Positions 9,826 through 19,763 of a DNA stretch of 64,000 nucleotides are shown here, in pieces. The notes beneath the pieces were generated by a model. The model was not told the DNA's origin. It worked only from the letters and a program-made list of their open reading frames with translations, and did not search any database. The DNA lies in the NCBI GenBank assembly GCA_965206595.1, contig OZ242214.1, positions 3,328,001-3,392,000 of the forward strand, in the 5' to 3' direction. Origin of the DNA: Candidatus Latescibacterota bacterium. GTDB lineage: Bacteria; Latescibacterota; UBA2968; UBA8231. Numbering within the stretch: position 1 is the stretch's first letter; the number at the start of each line of letters is the position of its first letter. The position numbers and the translations under genes are program-made.

Positions 9826-11206
9826 CTGGACTTTTGCAAAAGGCAGAATTCCTGGATAATCGGTCAAGGATTAGAGGGTAGCACGAATTCGATGGAACTT
9901 GGTATGTTTGGTAGGACGAAGGCATCCCCGGCCTCGGTTTCCCCTGGCCATGAGAGAGGTTGTTCATGCCAGGTATTGTTGATTTTCCCACGGTGGTTGA
10001 AGAAGCGGTGGCCGAGTTCGGCGGCCTCTTCGCCAACGCCCCGGAGCGCCGTCACTTTGGCGAGTATCTAACCGGGTTGATGGTGGCCGAACGCAAAAAT
10101 GTATCGGCGATCAACGCCGAGTTCGTCGAGACCACCGATCAGTCCTGCCTGAACCGCTGGATTACGCAGGTGCGGTGGGACGGAAAATGGCTCAACGAAC
10201 ATCGCCTGGAATGGTTGCAGGAGCACCCTTCGACGCGCTATTCAGGGCGCGGGGTGATCGCCATCGACAACACCTTGGTCGGCCACAGCGGAGAAAAGAT
10301 CGAGGATGTGGGGTGGTTTTGGGATCACTCGGACAAGCGCCATATGATTGCGCACGACTACGTCATCGCCAACTACGTGTGCACCTCGGGGAAATACTAT
10401 CCGTTGGAATTCCGTCGCTTTCGCAAGGGCCGGGAAGGGGAGACGGACCCCTCCTTCAAGAGCCATACCGAGCTGTTCAAAGAGCTGGTGGACTGGGTCG
10501 TGTTCCGACAGATCCCGGGCGATTTCGCCTTCGACTGCTACTTCAGCAGTGTCGAGTGTCTCGATCACATCCATAGTCATGAGCGCGGCTACGTAGGAGC
10601 CCTGAAGAGCAACCGCAAGGTCGAGTTCAAGGGCGGCCTGATGAAGGCCGCCGAAGTGGCTGCGAATATCCCGCCCGAGGATCGCAAACAGGTCAGCATC
10701 GGCAAGCGCAAACAATGGTATTTCACCAAAACCCTGAGTCTGCCCAAGCTCGAGCACCGGGTTCGCCTGGTGATCCTGTGGGATCGCAAGAACGGCAGGG
10801 AAGCGGTCAAGTTTCTACTGACCAATCGCGTGCACTGGGAGATCAGTCGTATTCTGAATGTTTATCGCAAACGCTGGACGGGCACCGAGACTTTTCATCG
10901 GGACGGCAAGCACCATCTGGGCATGGGAGACGGTCAGTTACAAAAGCGGCGAGGGCCAGACCCGGCATAGGTACCTCGTGATGCTGACGCACAGTCTGCT
11001 CAGGGCACGGATGCGGCAGGGCCGTGCGCGTGACTGGGCTCATACCGTGCTGACGACCATTGGCGAAGCCTGTCGAGCCGTGTCGCGAGAGACGCTCAGC
11101 AAAACCATCTCCTGGGTAGTGGACCAAGCCTCAATAGGGTGGACAGAGCAGCGAATTGTCGCACATCTCAAACTTTAGTAAAAAAGCGGAGTTTGCAAAA
11201 GTCCAG
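9826..11206 (+). mobile_element. IS701-family insertion sequence
   Basis: Perfect 15-bp IRs CTGGACTTTTGCAAA (9826-9840) and TTTGCAAAAGTCCAG (11192-11206). Confidence 0.88.
9966..11178 (+). pseudogene. IS701-family transposase with +1 frameshift near 10943
   Basis: RRHF.EYLTGLMVAERKN, VIAIDNT, FDCYF, Y.KRW..ETFHRDGK..LG. One extra A in the run at 10942-10945 shifts the C-terminus (SGEGQTRH.YLVML...). Confidence 0.85.
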
Positions 11207-12224
11207 TTACAATTGCAGGTTCGAGTGGGACACCATATTGGTCGCAAATTGCCAAGAGGAGTCTCTGCGTCCAATCCTGGTTGAGTTCCCGGACCTGTAG
11301 AACAGGCATCTCTGCAACCTCAGGTAGACGCGGCCGTCTATTCGAAATGAAACCCAGATATATCCTTTCGTCCTTTTTGATCGCTGATACAATGTTAGTG
11401 ATCTCCTCTCGCAGTCCCCCTTCTGGAGTCATTAGCCCATCGTCATCAAAAAACACCGGGAGTTCGCGATTTTTCGTGATTGAAGAAAGGTTGGCTACCG
11501 TCCGTGCTAAGGCCGAAGATTCATCCAGATTCTCGATGGAATCCATGATTCTTTTGAGACCGGCCTCAGTATTATATGGTTCAATCTTTGATGCGACTTG
11601 GATGGCAATATCTTTCATGTTGTCTTCCTCTGCAATTCGAAAGACAATTATGGACGACATTCCCAGAACCGACTTTGCTCCTTGGCGGACGATGCTACGG
11701 CGGCCAATACTCGGCAATCCAGATATCCAAAAGCTTCTCGGTGGTCTATCGCCACCCAACGGAGTAAGTGCCTTCTCCAATTCATTTAATTCAACATTTC
11801 GTCCAATGAATAGTTCAGAACGCTGTTCTTCCAATAGTGAATTGAGGCGCTCTCGTATTGTACGTGATATTGCTTGTGCACTATTTTGGTGTACAACATT
11901 TCCGCGTTGCAACCACGCCGGTACGTGGGCGGGTGTTAGAGAACTATCGATCAAAAACACCACAGCATGACGCAGGGAACCCTGGAGGTTTCCGTACCAT
12001 GCTTCCTCGATTTCAAACTCCACCCAGGCTGACTTGAGTGCTTCCTGGCTTGCGAAGAATACGAAAAGTGAAGTTTTTTCGAATGAATTTTCTATCGAAC
12101 CTCTGAACTCGACTCCAGTTTCGAATGCTTGTTCGTCGAAAAGACAGAACTGGCGTCCCAGCTCATATGCAACAGACCTGACGAGCTCTTTATCCTTACT
12201 TGAGTGCGAGAGAAACGCTTTCAT
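11207..12224 (-). pseudogene. TIR domain plus P-loop NTPase-like protein, 3'-truncated by IS701
   Basis: KAFLSHSSKDK...S.WV.FE (TIR), then FIGRN.EL..LE, degenerate Walker A ISGLPSIGRRS and VFFDD. The reading frame runs into the IS end at 11206. Confidence 0.8.
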
Positions 12225-12632
12225 ATGTTAGTCCTCATAGGTGAGATACCCACTTTTTCGGATCCCTCTCAAGATGGCCGCACCTTATTTAAACCTAATT
12301 GAACCCATTTCGAAATATAACGCATAGGTTCTGTTTTCCTTTTTCAAATGATAGCCCTCCTTGATTGCTGCCCGAATGACGACTGGAAACCACAGCCCTT
12401 TAGCGTGCCTCTTGGAATATACTCCTCTTTCCTCATCCCGGCCGACCTGGAACGAAAATGCATCTGGGTTTACTGCTCATGTTCCTGAACCCACATAGGT
12501 TCGGACGGAGATGGGTCCCATTCTGCCATTTTCCATTTCATAGTTCTAATTATTTCTGGCCATTTCCCGTTGACCAATGTAAGGACGGGGTCCTCCCGGC
12601 ACCAAGGCCGGGTGCGTGGCCATGATTCACGC

Positions 12633-12786
12633 CCCGGGCTTTGTCCGCAATGAAGTGACGATGCACAAATATCCAGCTCCCTCGAATCCTCATTTATCAA
12701 GATGCCGCTGCCCAGTTCGGGCGGAAAACCAGTGGACTTGAAAGACTGCGGGGACTGCCGGGATCGCCCGGTGGACCTTGCCTAAC
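12633..12786 (-). repeat. ~150-bp direct repeat, copy 1 (5' leader starting with a GTTAGGC core)
   Basis: CCCGGGCTTTGTCC...CAAGATGCCGCTGCCC.GTTCGGGCGG.AAACCAGT...CCTTGCCTAAC aligns with 18311-18463. Confidence 0.85.
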
Positions 12787-12915
12787 GCCGGTGTGGATAT
12801 AGATGGCCTGAGCGCCGACGAGCACGACCGCGTCGAGCTGTTCGGCCAGCGCCTCGGCGGCGTCGAGCAGCGCAGCGCGGGCGCGCATGTACAGAAGGTC
12901 AGGAGCGCCAGACAT
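12787..12915 (-). pseudogene. 5' fragment of a nucleotidyltransferase (AbiEii-like) toxin
   Basis: MSGAPDLLYMRARAALLDA.EAL..QLDAVVLVGAQAIY.HTG overlaps the antitoxin stop and is cut off at the repeat. Confidence 0.7.
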
Positions 12916-13978
12916 GCCCGTTCTTCTCCATCCACTTCAGTAAGTGCTCACCCTGCGACGGTTCCCCGCCCGGCCCGGTCAGAAGGTCTGCGGCGAGCTG
13001 GCTGGGAGCGACGCAACGAAGGCCGTCTCGGTCGACCGCCCGATCGAAGACGACGGGGTCGAAGGGCTCCAAAAGCACCACGTTGGCGCCGGCTTCGGTC
13101 TCGCGGAGATCCATATGGTCGATGAACTCGATCGCGTCGGTAACGTAGATGGCCGCCTGTCTTGCGGGCGCGATGGGATCGAATCGCTGGGCGGCGAACG
13201 CGCCGGTGGCGACGTACTCGAGCTTCGTCGCGCGGAGCTTTTTCTCGAAAGCCGGCAGCCCCCGTGGCTCGAGTGTCATCGTGGGCGTGTTCGAGTTCGT
13301 TTGGTCGTAATCTTCAATCCACCGCCTTATCGCGCCCTGCCAATCGACCGCCGAAACGGCTCCGCGCATACGGGTCACGATGGCTTCCCGTTCGAGCAAG
13401 TCCAACACGCGCGACAAGGTCGGAGCCGACACGCTGGTCGACTGGGCCAGCTTTCGGACACCGTACGGGGGGAATGTGTCGATGATGGCCCTCACGGCGC
13501 GTGCAGCACCGCGGCCCCGCAGCGACTGGAGCTTGTGATCTCTTGGCCAGGGATCGCGATCGACCCCGTCTGCTGAAATGAACAGTCCCGGCGTGGAAGC
13601 TTCTATACGAACGTTGCCCGTGGTGTCGACATAGCCGACGCCGCGGGCACGAAGGAGGGAACGGGCGCGGGGGGAGAGGTAGGGGGCCGCTACTACAGGT
13701 ACCGCTCGTGGCAACGCCCCGGCCGTGATCGCGCAGATCTGCTCGACCGCCTGGAGGACGCCGCGTGGTTCCAGAGTTCGCTTGATCTCGAAGGCAAGGA
13801 CCACGGTCGCGCCAGCGGGGGACGCGATCTCCGCCAGCAGGTCCACGCGGTAGCGACCGGCCGGCGCTTCGGTCCGGGCGTGCAGTGACCAGCCGGACGG
13901 AATTCGTTCAGCCAGAGCGCGTTCGACGTGGCGCGCGACCTGCGTCCCGGAAGGTGGCTGTTTGTCTGGGACAGGCAT
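12899..13978 (-). CDS. AbiEi-like type IV TA antitoxin (PD-(D/E)xK-like N-terminus, HTH)
   Basis: VDL....FEIK, APYLSPRAR..L...GVGYVD.TGN, HTH GVRKLA...VS....SRV...L, GANVVLL.PFD.VVF, SQ.AADLL.GPG. Confidence 0.8.
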   Translation of the reverse strand: MPVPDKQPPSGTQVARHVERALAERIPSGWSLHARTEAPAGRYRVDLLAEIASPAGATVVLAFEIKRTLEPRGVLQAVEQICAITAGALPRAVPVVAAPYLSPRARSLLRARGVGYVDTTGNVRIEASTPGLFISADGVDRDPWPRDHKLQSLRGRGAARAVRAIIDTFPPYGVRKLAQSTSVSAPTLSRVLDLLEREAIVTRMRGAVSAVDWQGAIRRWIEDYDQTNSNTPTMTLEPRGLPAFEKKLRATKLEYVATGAFAAQRFDPIAPARQAAIYVTDAIEFIDHMDLRETEAGANVVLLEPFDPVVFDRAVDRDGLRCVAPSQLAADLLTGPGGEPSQGEHLLKWMEKNGHVWRS

Positions 13979-14002
13979 GGAGTCTCTTTTGCTGTCAAGC
14001 TC

Positions 14003-14055
14003 GTTTCACTTAACGTAGTGTTTCGCTTCATGGGAAACAAGATGTTTAGTGAAAC
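14003..14055. promoter_or_regulatory. 22-bp inverted-repeat pair upstream of abiEi (probable autoregulatory operator)
   Basis: GTTTCACTTAACGTAGTGTTTC (14003-14024) matches the reverse complement of 14034-14055 at 18/22. Confidence 0.65.
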
Positions 14056-14101
14056 AGACGCGTGGCCGCTGTAACTGCTTGGAACCTGAATCCCGGTTTG
14101 T

Positions 14102-14360
14102 TCAAGCAAGAGCGTCCACAACGAGCAAGGCGATGGCGTCGCAGGCATCCGGATGTGCAACGACGGCGTCGGCGGAACTGGGCTCGGGAATCTCCTCGCC
14201 CGAGCTGCGCAAACCTTCGAGATGAAGGGCAAGAGCCTCCGCAGCCAGTTCCTTGGCCTCCTCAAAGGTGTGGCCGGCGGTGACACAGCCGGGTAAATCG
14301 GGAAAGCTCACCCGTAGTCGCTTCCCGGCTCCTTGTGAACCAAGCCGATGTAGGTTCGCT
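14102..14360 (-). pseudogene. hicB: HicB-family antitoxin, frameshifted near 14312
   Basis: RTYIGLVHKEPGSDYG, then after a 1-nt shift VSFPDLPGCVTAG.T.EEA...A.EALALHLEG...GE.IP.PS. No hicA is adjacent. Confidence 0.75.
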
Positions 14361-14397
14361 TCGCGGGAGGTTCCAATAGGGAAGTGCTCCAAAAAAC

Positions 14398-15396
14398 TCA
14401 CGAAGACAGGTCGAGCGATCGGTGAAGGGTCGCGGTCAATTCCTGACGGAATCCCTCGTCGTCATCCCTTGACCAGGGAACGGTCGTGCAGTGGTTCGTA
14501 TCGAAGTGGGTCTTTTGCTCCTCGAACTTTTCTTTTTCGCAGATGTAGATCACAGGCTTGCCCAGACCCTCCGCGAAACCGGCCTCCCAGTACGCGCCAT
14601 GGTTGTCATGGGTTAGATCGACAATGACGAACTTCGCGTCCCTGATCTGGACCCGCATGATATTATCGATGATTCCTGCCCTCCCAACATCGTTCATATC
14701 CACAAGATCGTAGCCGATCTCATCTTTCACAGCCGGTTTCAGAACTTCGTCGACAAAGGCTTTGAGATCAGGTTCATCAAACTGCATGGCGAGGAAACCG
14801 TAGTTTCCGGCGAACCCTCCGCGTTTTTCGGTTTGATACTGCTCCCATCCGTCCAGACTGAGATCGATGTTGGTAAACAAAGAGATAGGACGTCCTGTAG
14901 CCGGATCCATCCTGACGGCAGTACCAAGGGGGTCGGCAATAACTATTTTTCGCTCAACCAATTCCTTCGTTAGTCGAATGACCGCCTCAAAATTCGGCGC
15001 CCCAATAATCGCATGGAGATGATCTGGAGCAAGGGGCAAGCTTTCCCCAGTTTGGGAAACCTGATCGCCTATGTACCGGATCAAGTTTTCAGCCCGTTCA
15101 TGCGAAGTGGGAAGTCGACAATTCGATAGGAATTCTCTTAGACATTTTGAGTCTACCATAAAGGGTTGTTTGTTCTCATGTTTCGTGCGTAGTGCGTGAC
15201 TCAGGCATGCGCGTTGAGCTGCTGTTAGCGCATCAGCCTGTTGATCTAACTGGCCGCATAATGCCGTCCTGCTTATTGCGTACTGCCCACAGGTCGTGCA
15301 TTTGAACTTGGAGCCATCGAGGCCATCCGCCGGGTAACGCCAGCACCGGCCACCATCTTTATTCTGACAGACAGGACAATTCGCCGGTTCCATCAT
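14398..15396 (-). CDS. Zn-ribbon plus nucleoside 2-deoxyribosyltransferase-like domain protein
   Basis: N-terminal CPVC...CTTCGQY; C-terminal FLAMQF...I...I...IRDAKFVIVDLT..N.GAYWEAGFAEGLGKPVIY.C...HFDTNH. Confidence 0.8.
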   Translation of the reverse strand: MMEPANCPVCQNKDGGRCWRYPADGLDGSKFKCTTCGQYAISRTALCGQLDQQADALTAAQRACLSHALRTKHENKQPFMVDSKCLREFLSNCRLPTSHERAENLIRYIGDQVSQTGESLPLAPDHLHAIIGAPNFEAVIRLTKELVERKIVIADPLGTAVRMDPATGRPISLFTNIDLSLDGWEQYQTEKRGGFAGNYGFLAMQFDEPDLKAFVDEVLKPAVKDEIGYDLVDMNDVGRAGIIDNIMRVQIRDAKFVIVDLTHDNHGAYWEAGFAEGLGKPVIYICEKEKFEEQKTHFDTNHCTTVPWSRDDDEGFRQELTATLHRSLDLSS

Positions 15397-15421
15397 TTTA
15401 TCATGTAATTCCTGTGCAGCG

Positions 15422-18296
15422 TCACGCCGAGGTGGGCGGTTCCCCGCTGGCAATGTTCATGGACAACAGTTCCCGCAGCGCCTCGTCCTCCGAAACATCT
15501 ACATCCCAGCCATACGCCGCTGCAACAGCTGCATCGAGAGCCGCGTGCGCGTCCGCGAGCCACTGCGGGCGGGCGTTGTAGAGGTTGGTCAGCGTGCGCT
15601 TCTTGAGCTCCTTCTCCGCTTCCTCGTCGCGGGGCACGGGGCGCCTGGGATACCCAGCAACCGGCTCCTCCACCCAATCCACCCATTCGGGCGGATTGAG
15701 CCACCGGTCTCTCAGCTCGACCAAACGCCGCGCTGCCTCGGCGATGGCAATGGCGCGAGGGTCGTCCGCATAGTCCGTCGCGGGAACGTCGGGCGACAGC
15801 CCCTCCGGGAACGGGTAAGTCTCGAAGGTTGTGGTCGGGGTGTAGCGCGGGTCGTTCCCCTTGCCGAGCCAAGTGCAAAGCCGCAGCGACCACGCCTCGT
15901 GAAAGCGGCTGTGCAGAATGCCCAAGGTGGTGTTGTCGTCCCGCGAAATGGCGATCAGAGCGCTGTCAGGGCAAACGCGGGAGTCGAGCCAAGCGAACAG
16001 GCGGTGCTTGGCAACGCGCGGAGTTACGATGTACCGGGACAGACCTTCCAGCGCATCCCACATACCCGGCCTCGGCTCGACGTGCCTCCACCAATTGGTG
16101 CGGTAGGCTTCTCGCCGGTTCCCTTGCCGCTTCGGATAGACGTGCTCCATTGCGTGTCGAAACGGGGCCTCGTAGAGCGCCGCCTCCTCCCGCACCATGC
16201 TCGATCCGAAATCGACGATCCATTTGTCCGCCGGGCGCCGCGTGACGTCCATGCCGTTCATCCATGGTCCCAGGACATCGGAGTTGGGTCTCCCGTTCGG
16301 GTTGGCCGGCTCCCGCAGCCATTCCCGGGCCTGCTCTCCAGGGACGTCGAAGGAGCCGCCCTTCGTGTCCCCCATGAAGGCGACGCCCATGTTCCGGTGA
16401 AGACGCCGAGCCTCCGTCAGATCGATGCCGGCGCCTTCTCGCTTCGCGGTCAGGTCCGCGTGGACCTCATCGACAAGCTGGCCGTCGAGTCTCCGTTCCG
16501 GCACCGATCCACCATCCGGCCCCGAGAAGCAGACCATGGAAACGCGTACCGCGGCGCCGTCGATCACCCACGGCTCGTCGCTCCAGGCCTCGAAGATCGG
16601 ACGGCCGTCGATCGCCGCCTGCAAGGCCCTCCGGTTGGCACCGCCTCTAATTGAATTGGTCGAGACGAGGCCAGCTCGTTTCGCCCTGCCCGTTGCGAGG
16701 TGATCGCCGGCCTTCACGAACCAGTAGCAGACGAGATCGGCCTCGGCCGGCACGCGGCCTTCATACAAACGGAAAATGCTCCCAACGTACTCCTCCCCGA
16801 GGTGGGCGTTGAGGAGCTTGCCGCCCAGAAACGGCGGGTTGCCGATCACCACGTCGGCCTGCGGCCACTCCGGCTCGCTTCCCTCCGGCGACAGGATCGC
16901 GTCGCGGCACTCGATGGTTTCGAGCGGCTTGAGGATAGGATCGCGCATCTCGCCGAATCCGTTGCGCCGCATCCACTGGATCTCGCCGATCCAGACCGAC
17001 ACACGGGCAAGTTCCGCGGCGTAGGGGTTGATCTCGATTCCCCTGACGTTGGCCGGGCCGACCCGGGGGAATTCGCGCTGGAGGCCCATGGCGTCGGCCT
17101 CCAGCTGCACCCGGTGCTCCAGGTCCTTGAGCGCGTGCAGCGCCAGGTAGAGGAAGTTTCCGGAACCGCAGGCGGGATCGAGCACCGTGAAGCCGCGCAG
17201 GCGTTCGAGATAGCCGCGCAGCAGCCGTTCAGCCTGTCCCCGCTGCCGTGTCCCTGCGGCCCTCGACCTGGTTACGCCGGCGCGATCGAGAGCGGCTGCG
17301 ATCTCCGCCTTCACGCTCTCCCATTCCGCCAGCAGGGGACGGACGACTGCGGGCTCGACGATGCGCATGATCTTGTCCCGGTCGGTGTAGTGCGCCCCGA
17401 GCTGCGAACGCTTGTCCGGGTCGAGACCGCGCTCGAACAGGGTGCCGAGGATGGACGGGTCGATCTCGGCCCAGTCGAGCGACGCGGCTTCGAGCGCCGT
17501 CTCGATCTCCGCCTTCTCGAGGGACAGGGCGGCATCGTCGTCGAACAGCCCGCCGTTGAACCACGCCACCGTCTCGAACCCGACGCGGCCCCCGTTGGAC
17601 ATCGCCGCGAACAGATCGCGGGCCATGCCGGCGAACTCCTCCGGTTGCATGCGCGCCTGTTGCAGCATGCGCGTGAAAATGTCGCCCGGCAGCAGGCCCA
17701 CGTCCTCGGCGAACATGCAGAAGACCAGGCGATTGATAAAATGCGCCACCGCCTGCGGGTCGTGGCCGCGCCCCCGGAGCGACTGCGCAAGCGAGGCGAA
17801 AGCGGTGGCCGCGCGCTCGGTGAGCGTCTGGCGGGTCTCCCCCGGACGCAGGCGCTCGGGATCGGAGAGCGCCCACTTGAGCTTGTCGCGGACCGCGGCG
17901 TCGGCGAGGTCGTCGATGGCGAACTCGAGGGTTTCGCTGACGCTGTTGGTCCAGTTGGTGCGGATGCGGAATCGCCGCATGTCGGAGACGATCAGAAGCG
18001 GCGGGTTCTCCAGTGCCAGGGCGTACTGCCTGAGCTGGTCGAAGGCGGCGTCGAGGTTGGCTTGCCCGCCCTTGTACTCCCAGGCGAAGCAGTGCCGCTT
18101 CCACACGTCGGCCCAACCGCCGACCCCGGTCTCCTTGCGCCCCCCCTTCTCGAAGCAGTAGGTCTCGCCGGTCGGGTCGGCCTCGGCCGGTGTCGGTTCG
18201 CCCAGGAGCCGGCACAAGTCGATGAAGTGCTCCTGCGATGCCGAGTTCCTTCAACTCCGACGCCCGCCACTTGGAGATGAATTCACCCGGTGTCAT
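15422..18296 (-). pseudogene. Type IIG/IIL (MmeI-like) restriction-modification enzyme, frameshifted near 18246
   Basis: MTPGEFISKWRASELKE joins SASQEHFIDLCRLLG after a 2-nt gap. Nuclease motif ADVW....WEYK; GAHYT; motif I VLDPACGSGNFL; motif IV GNPPF; C-terminal TRD RYTPTTTFETYPFP. Confidence 0.88.
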
Positions 18297-18310
18297 CGCT
18301 TCACCTGCAA

Positions 18311-18463
18311 CCCGGGCTTTGTCCACAACGAAGTCACGATGCGCAAATCTCCAGCTCTCTCGAATCCTTCATATCTCAAGATGCCGCTGCCCGGTTCGGG
18401 CGGCAAACCAGTAGACTGAAAGACGACGATGACAGCCGGGATCGCCGGTTTTCCTTGCCTGAC
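18311..18463 (-). repeat. ~150-bp direct repeat, copy 2 (leader of the RM gene)
   Basis: Aligns with 12633-12786 and begins GTCAGGCAAGG on the minus strand. Confidence 0.85.
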
Positions 18464-18718
18464 CACCGGTTTCGTTTCGGACGGAAAGGACGCTGGGCAG
18501 CGAAAGGTTCGGGCGCCTTGCTTCACCGATTCCCGGTTCTTTGTGCCCTACTCCTCAATTTCTCCTCAGGCGGAACAACGCACACTTACGCGATCCCCTC
18601 GATCCTTTCCAAACCCACCCGTAATCCCGTTTATCCTGCCCATGGGCTTCCCCCACTTGGTGGACGCGCCCGTGACCCACCGCGACCCGCACGGGATTCC
18701 ATAGCTGCCCAAATTGCG

Positions 18719-18985
18719 ATGAAAACCCGTCACAGAGCTTACGCCTATATCACCAACGGGAGCCGCCTGCTTCTCTTTATTCAACCCGAGGCACCGGAAG
18801 CTGGCATTCAAGTTCCAGCTGGAACAATTGAACCAGGAGAGAATCTTCAGGATGCCGTGATACGAGAAGCAAAGGAGGAGATGGGTTTAACCGAGCTCAG
18901 ATGTGAACGGTTTCTGGCCCAGGATACCCGAGACATGCGGGATTGCGGGCGCGATGAACTACAGTATCGCTGGTTCTTTCATTTG
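18719..18985 (+). pseudogene. NUDIX hydrolase, 3'-truncated
   Basis: RAYAYIT...LLLF...GIQVPAGTIEPGE....AVIREAKEEMGL (Nudix box). Homology ends where an attC half-site begins. Confidence 0.75.
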
Positions 18986-19034
18986 GGCCTACGGCAACCC
19001 GCTTCTCGGGTTCGCAAACCGGGGATCGTCAGGC
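18983..19034 (+). repeat. Right half of an attC-family site
   Basis: GGCAACCC...GGGTTCGCAAACC..GATC-GTCAGGC matches the right arm of the 24440-24535 site. Confidence 0.65.
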
Positions 19035-19083
19035 AAAACCGGGTTCATATTTTCGTATATTGTTGAAGCATGGAGGTCAAAGG

Positions 19084-19308
19084 ATGAATGAACGAATCAT
19101 AATCGATCCCTCGATCCGTCATGGCAAGCCGGTGGTGCGGGGGACCCGAGTGCCCGTGCACCGAATTATCGGGAACCTTGCAGGTGGGGCAACCCCGGAA
19201 GAAGTCTGTCAGGAATATGGCATTACCGACGCGGATGTACGGGCTGCTCTTGTGTACGCTGAGGAACTCGTAGAAGCAGAAGAAGCTCATCCACTACCTG
19301 CATCCTGA
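19084..19308 (+). CDS. DUF433 family antitoxin
   Basis: RI.IDP.IRHGKPVVRGTRVPV..I...LA.G.T.EE...EY..T..DV.AAL.YA. Confidence 0.9.
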   Translation: MNERIIIDPSIRHGKPVVRGTRVPVHRIIGNLAGGATPEEVCQEYGITDADVRAALVYAEELVEAEEAHPLPAS

Positions 19309-19314
19309 ATCGGT

Positions 19315-19599
19315 TTGCGATTCATCATCGACGCTGATCTTCCACGCGCTGTAGCCGGTGTGATCGCCGATTTCGGTCGACGTTCGGGACATTGGCACCT
19401 GTTCTACCACCGCATGCTGCCCATGATCGCCTACTGCACCCCGGACCCCTACGCCTTCTCCGTGTGCAAGCACATCCTGTACTGGAAGGGCCTGTTTGAT
19501 TCACCACTGGTCCGGCCGCCCTACGCAAACGCCCCGACCTGGCTGCAGCGGGAACTGCGCGAGCTGGCGCAGCAACTCGGGCTGCTTGACGGGGCCTGA
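19315..19599 (+). pseudogene. Chimeric remnant: PIN-like (DUF5615) toxin N-terminus fused to a DHDPS-family-like C-terminus
   Basis: RFIIDADLPR (PIN start) is followed after ~22 codons by FYHRMLPMI...K.IL..KG......VRPP, with a GC shift. Confidence 0.55.
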
Positions 19600-19763
19600 A
19601 CCCGAGGCTGCCTTATGCCCCGACCGCTCCACCAGGTCCAGGAAGAGCTGTGTGTGCATCCAACCCAACCGTATGCCCCCCGCAGGAGGGAAAAGTGCAG
19701 ACCCTGATTTGTCGAAGGATCGCCGATAAGTACGCATCAACCTCAAGGGAGGGAACTGTGAGC

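Noticed and set aside
10930-10960. Programmed frameshift in the IS701 transposase
   Set aside because: Only an A4 run near the C-terminus with no slippery heptamer; a simple insertion is more likely.
11183-11195. AAAGCGGAGTTTG shared between the IS701 right end and 1236-1248
   Set aside because: An isolated 13-mer with no further similarity; treated as chance.
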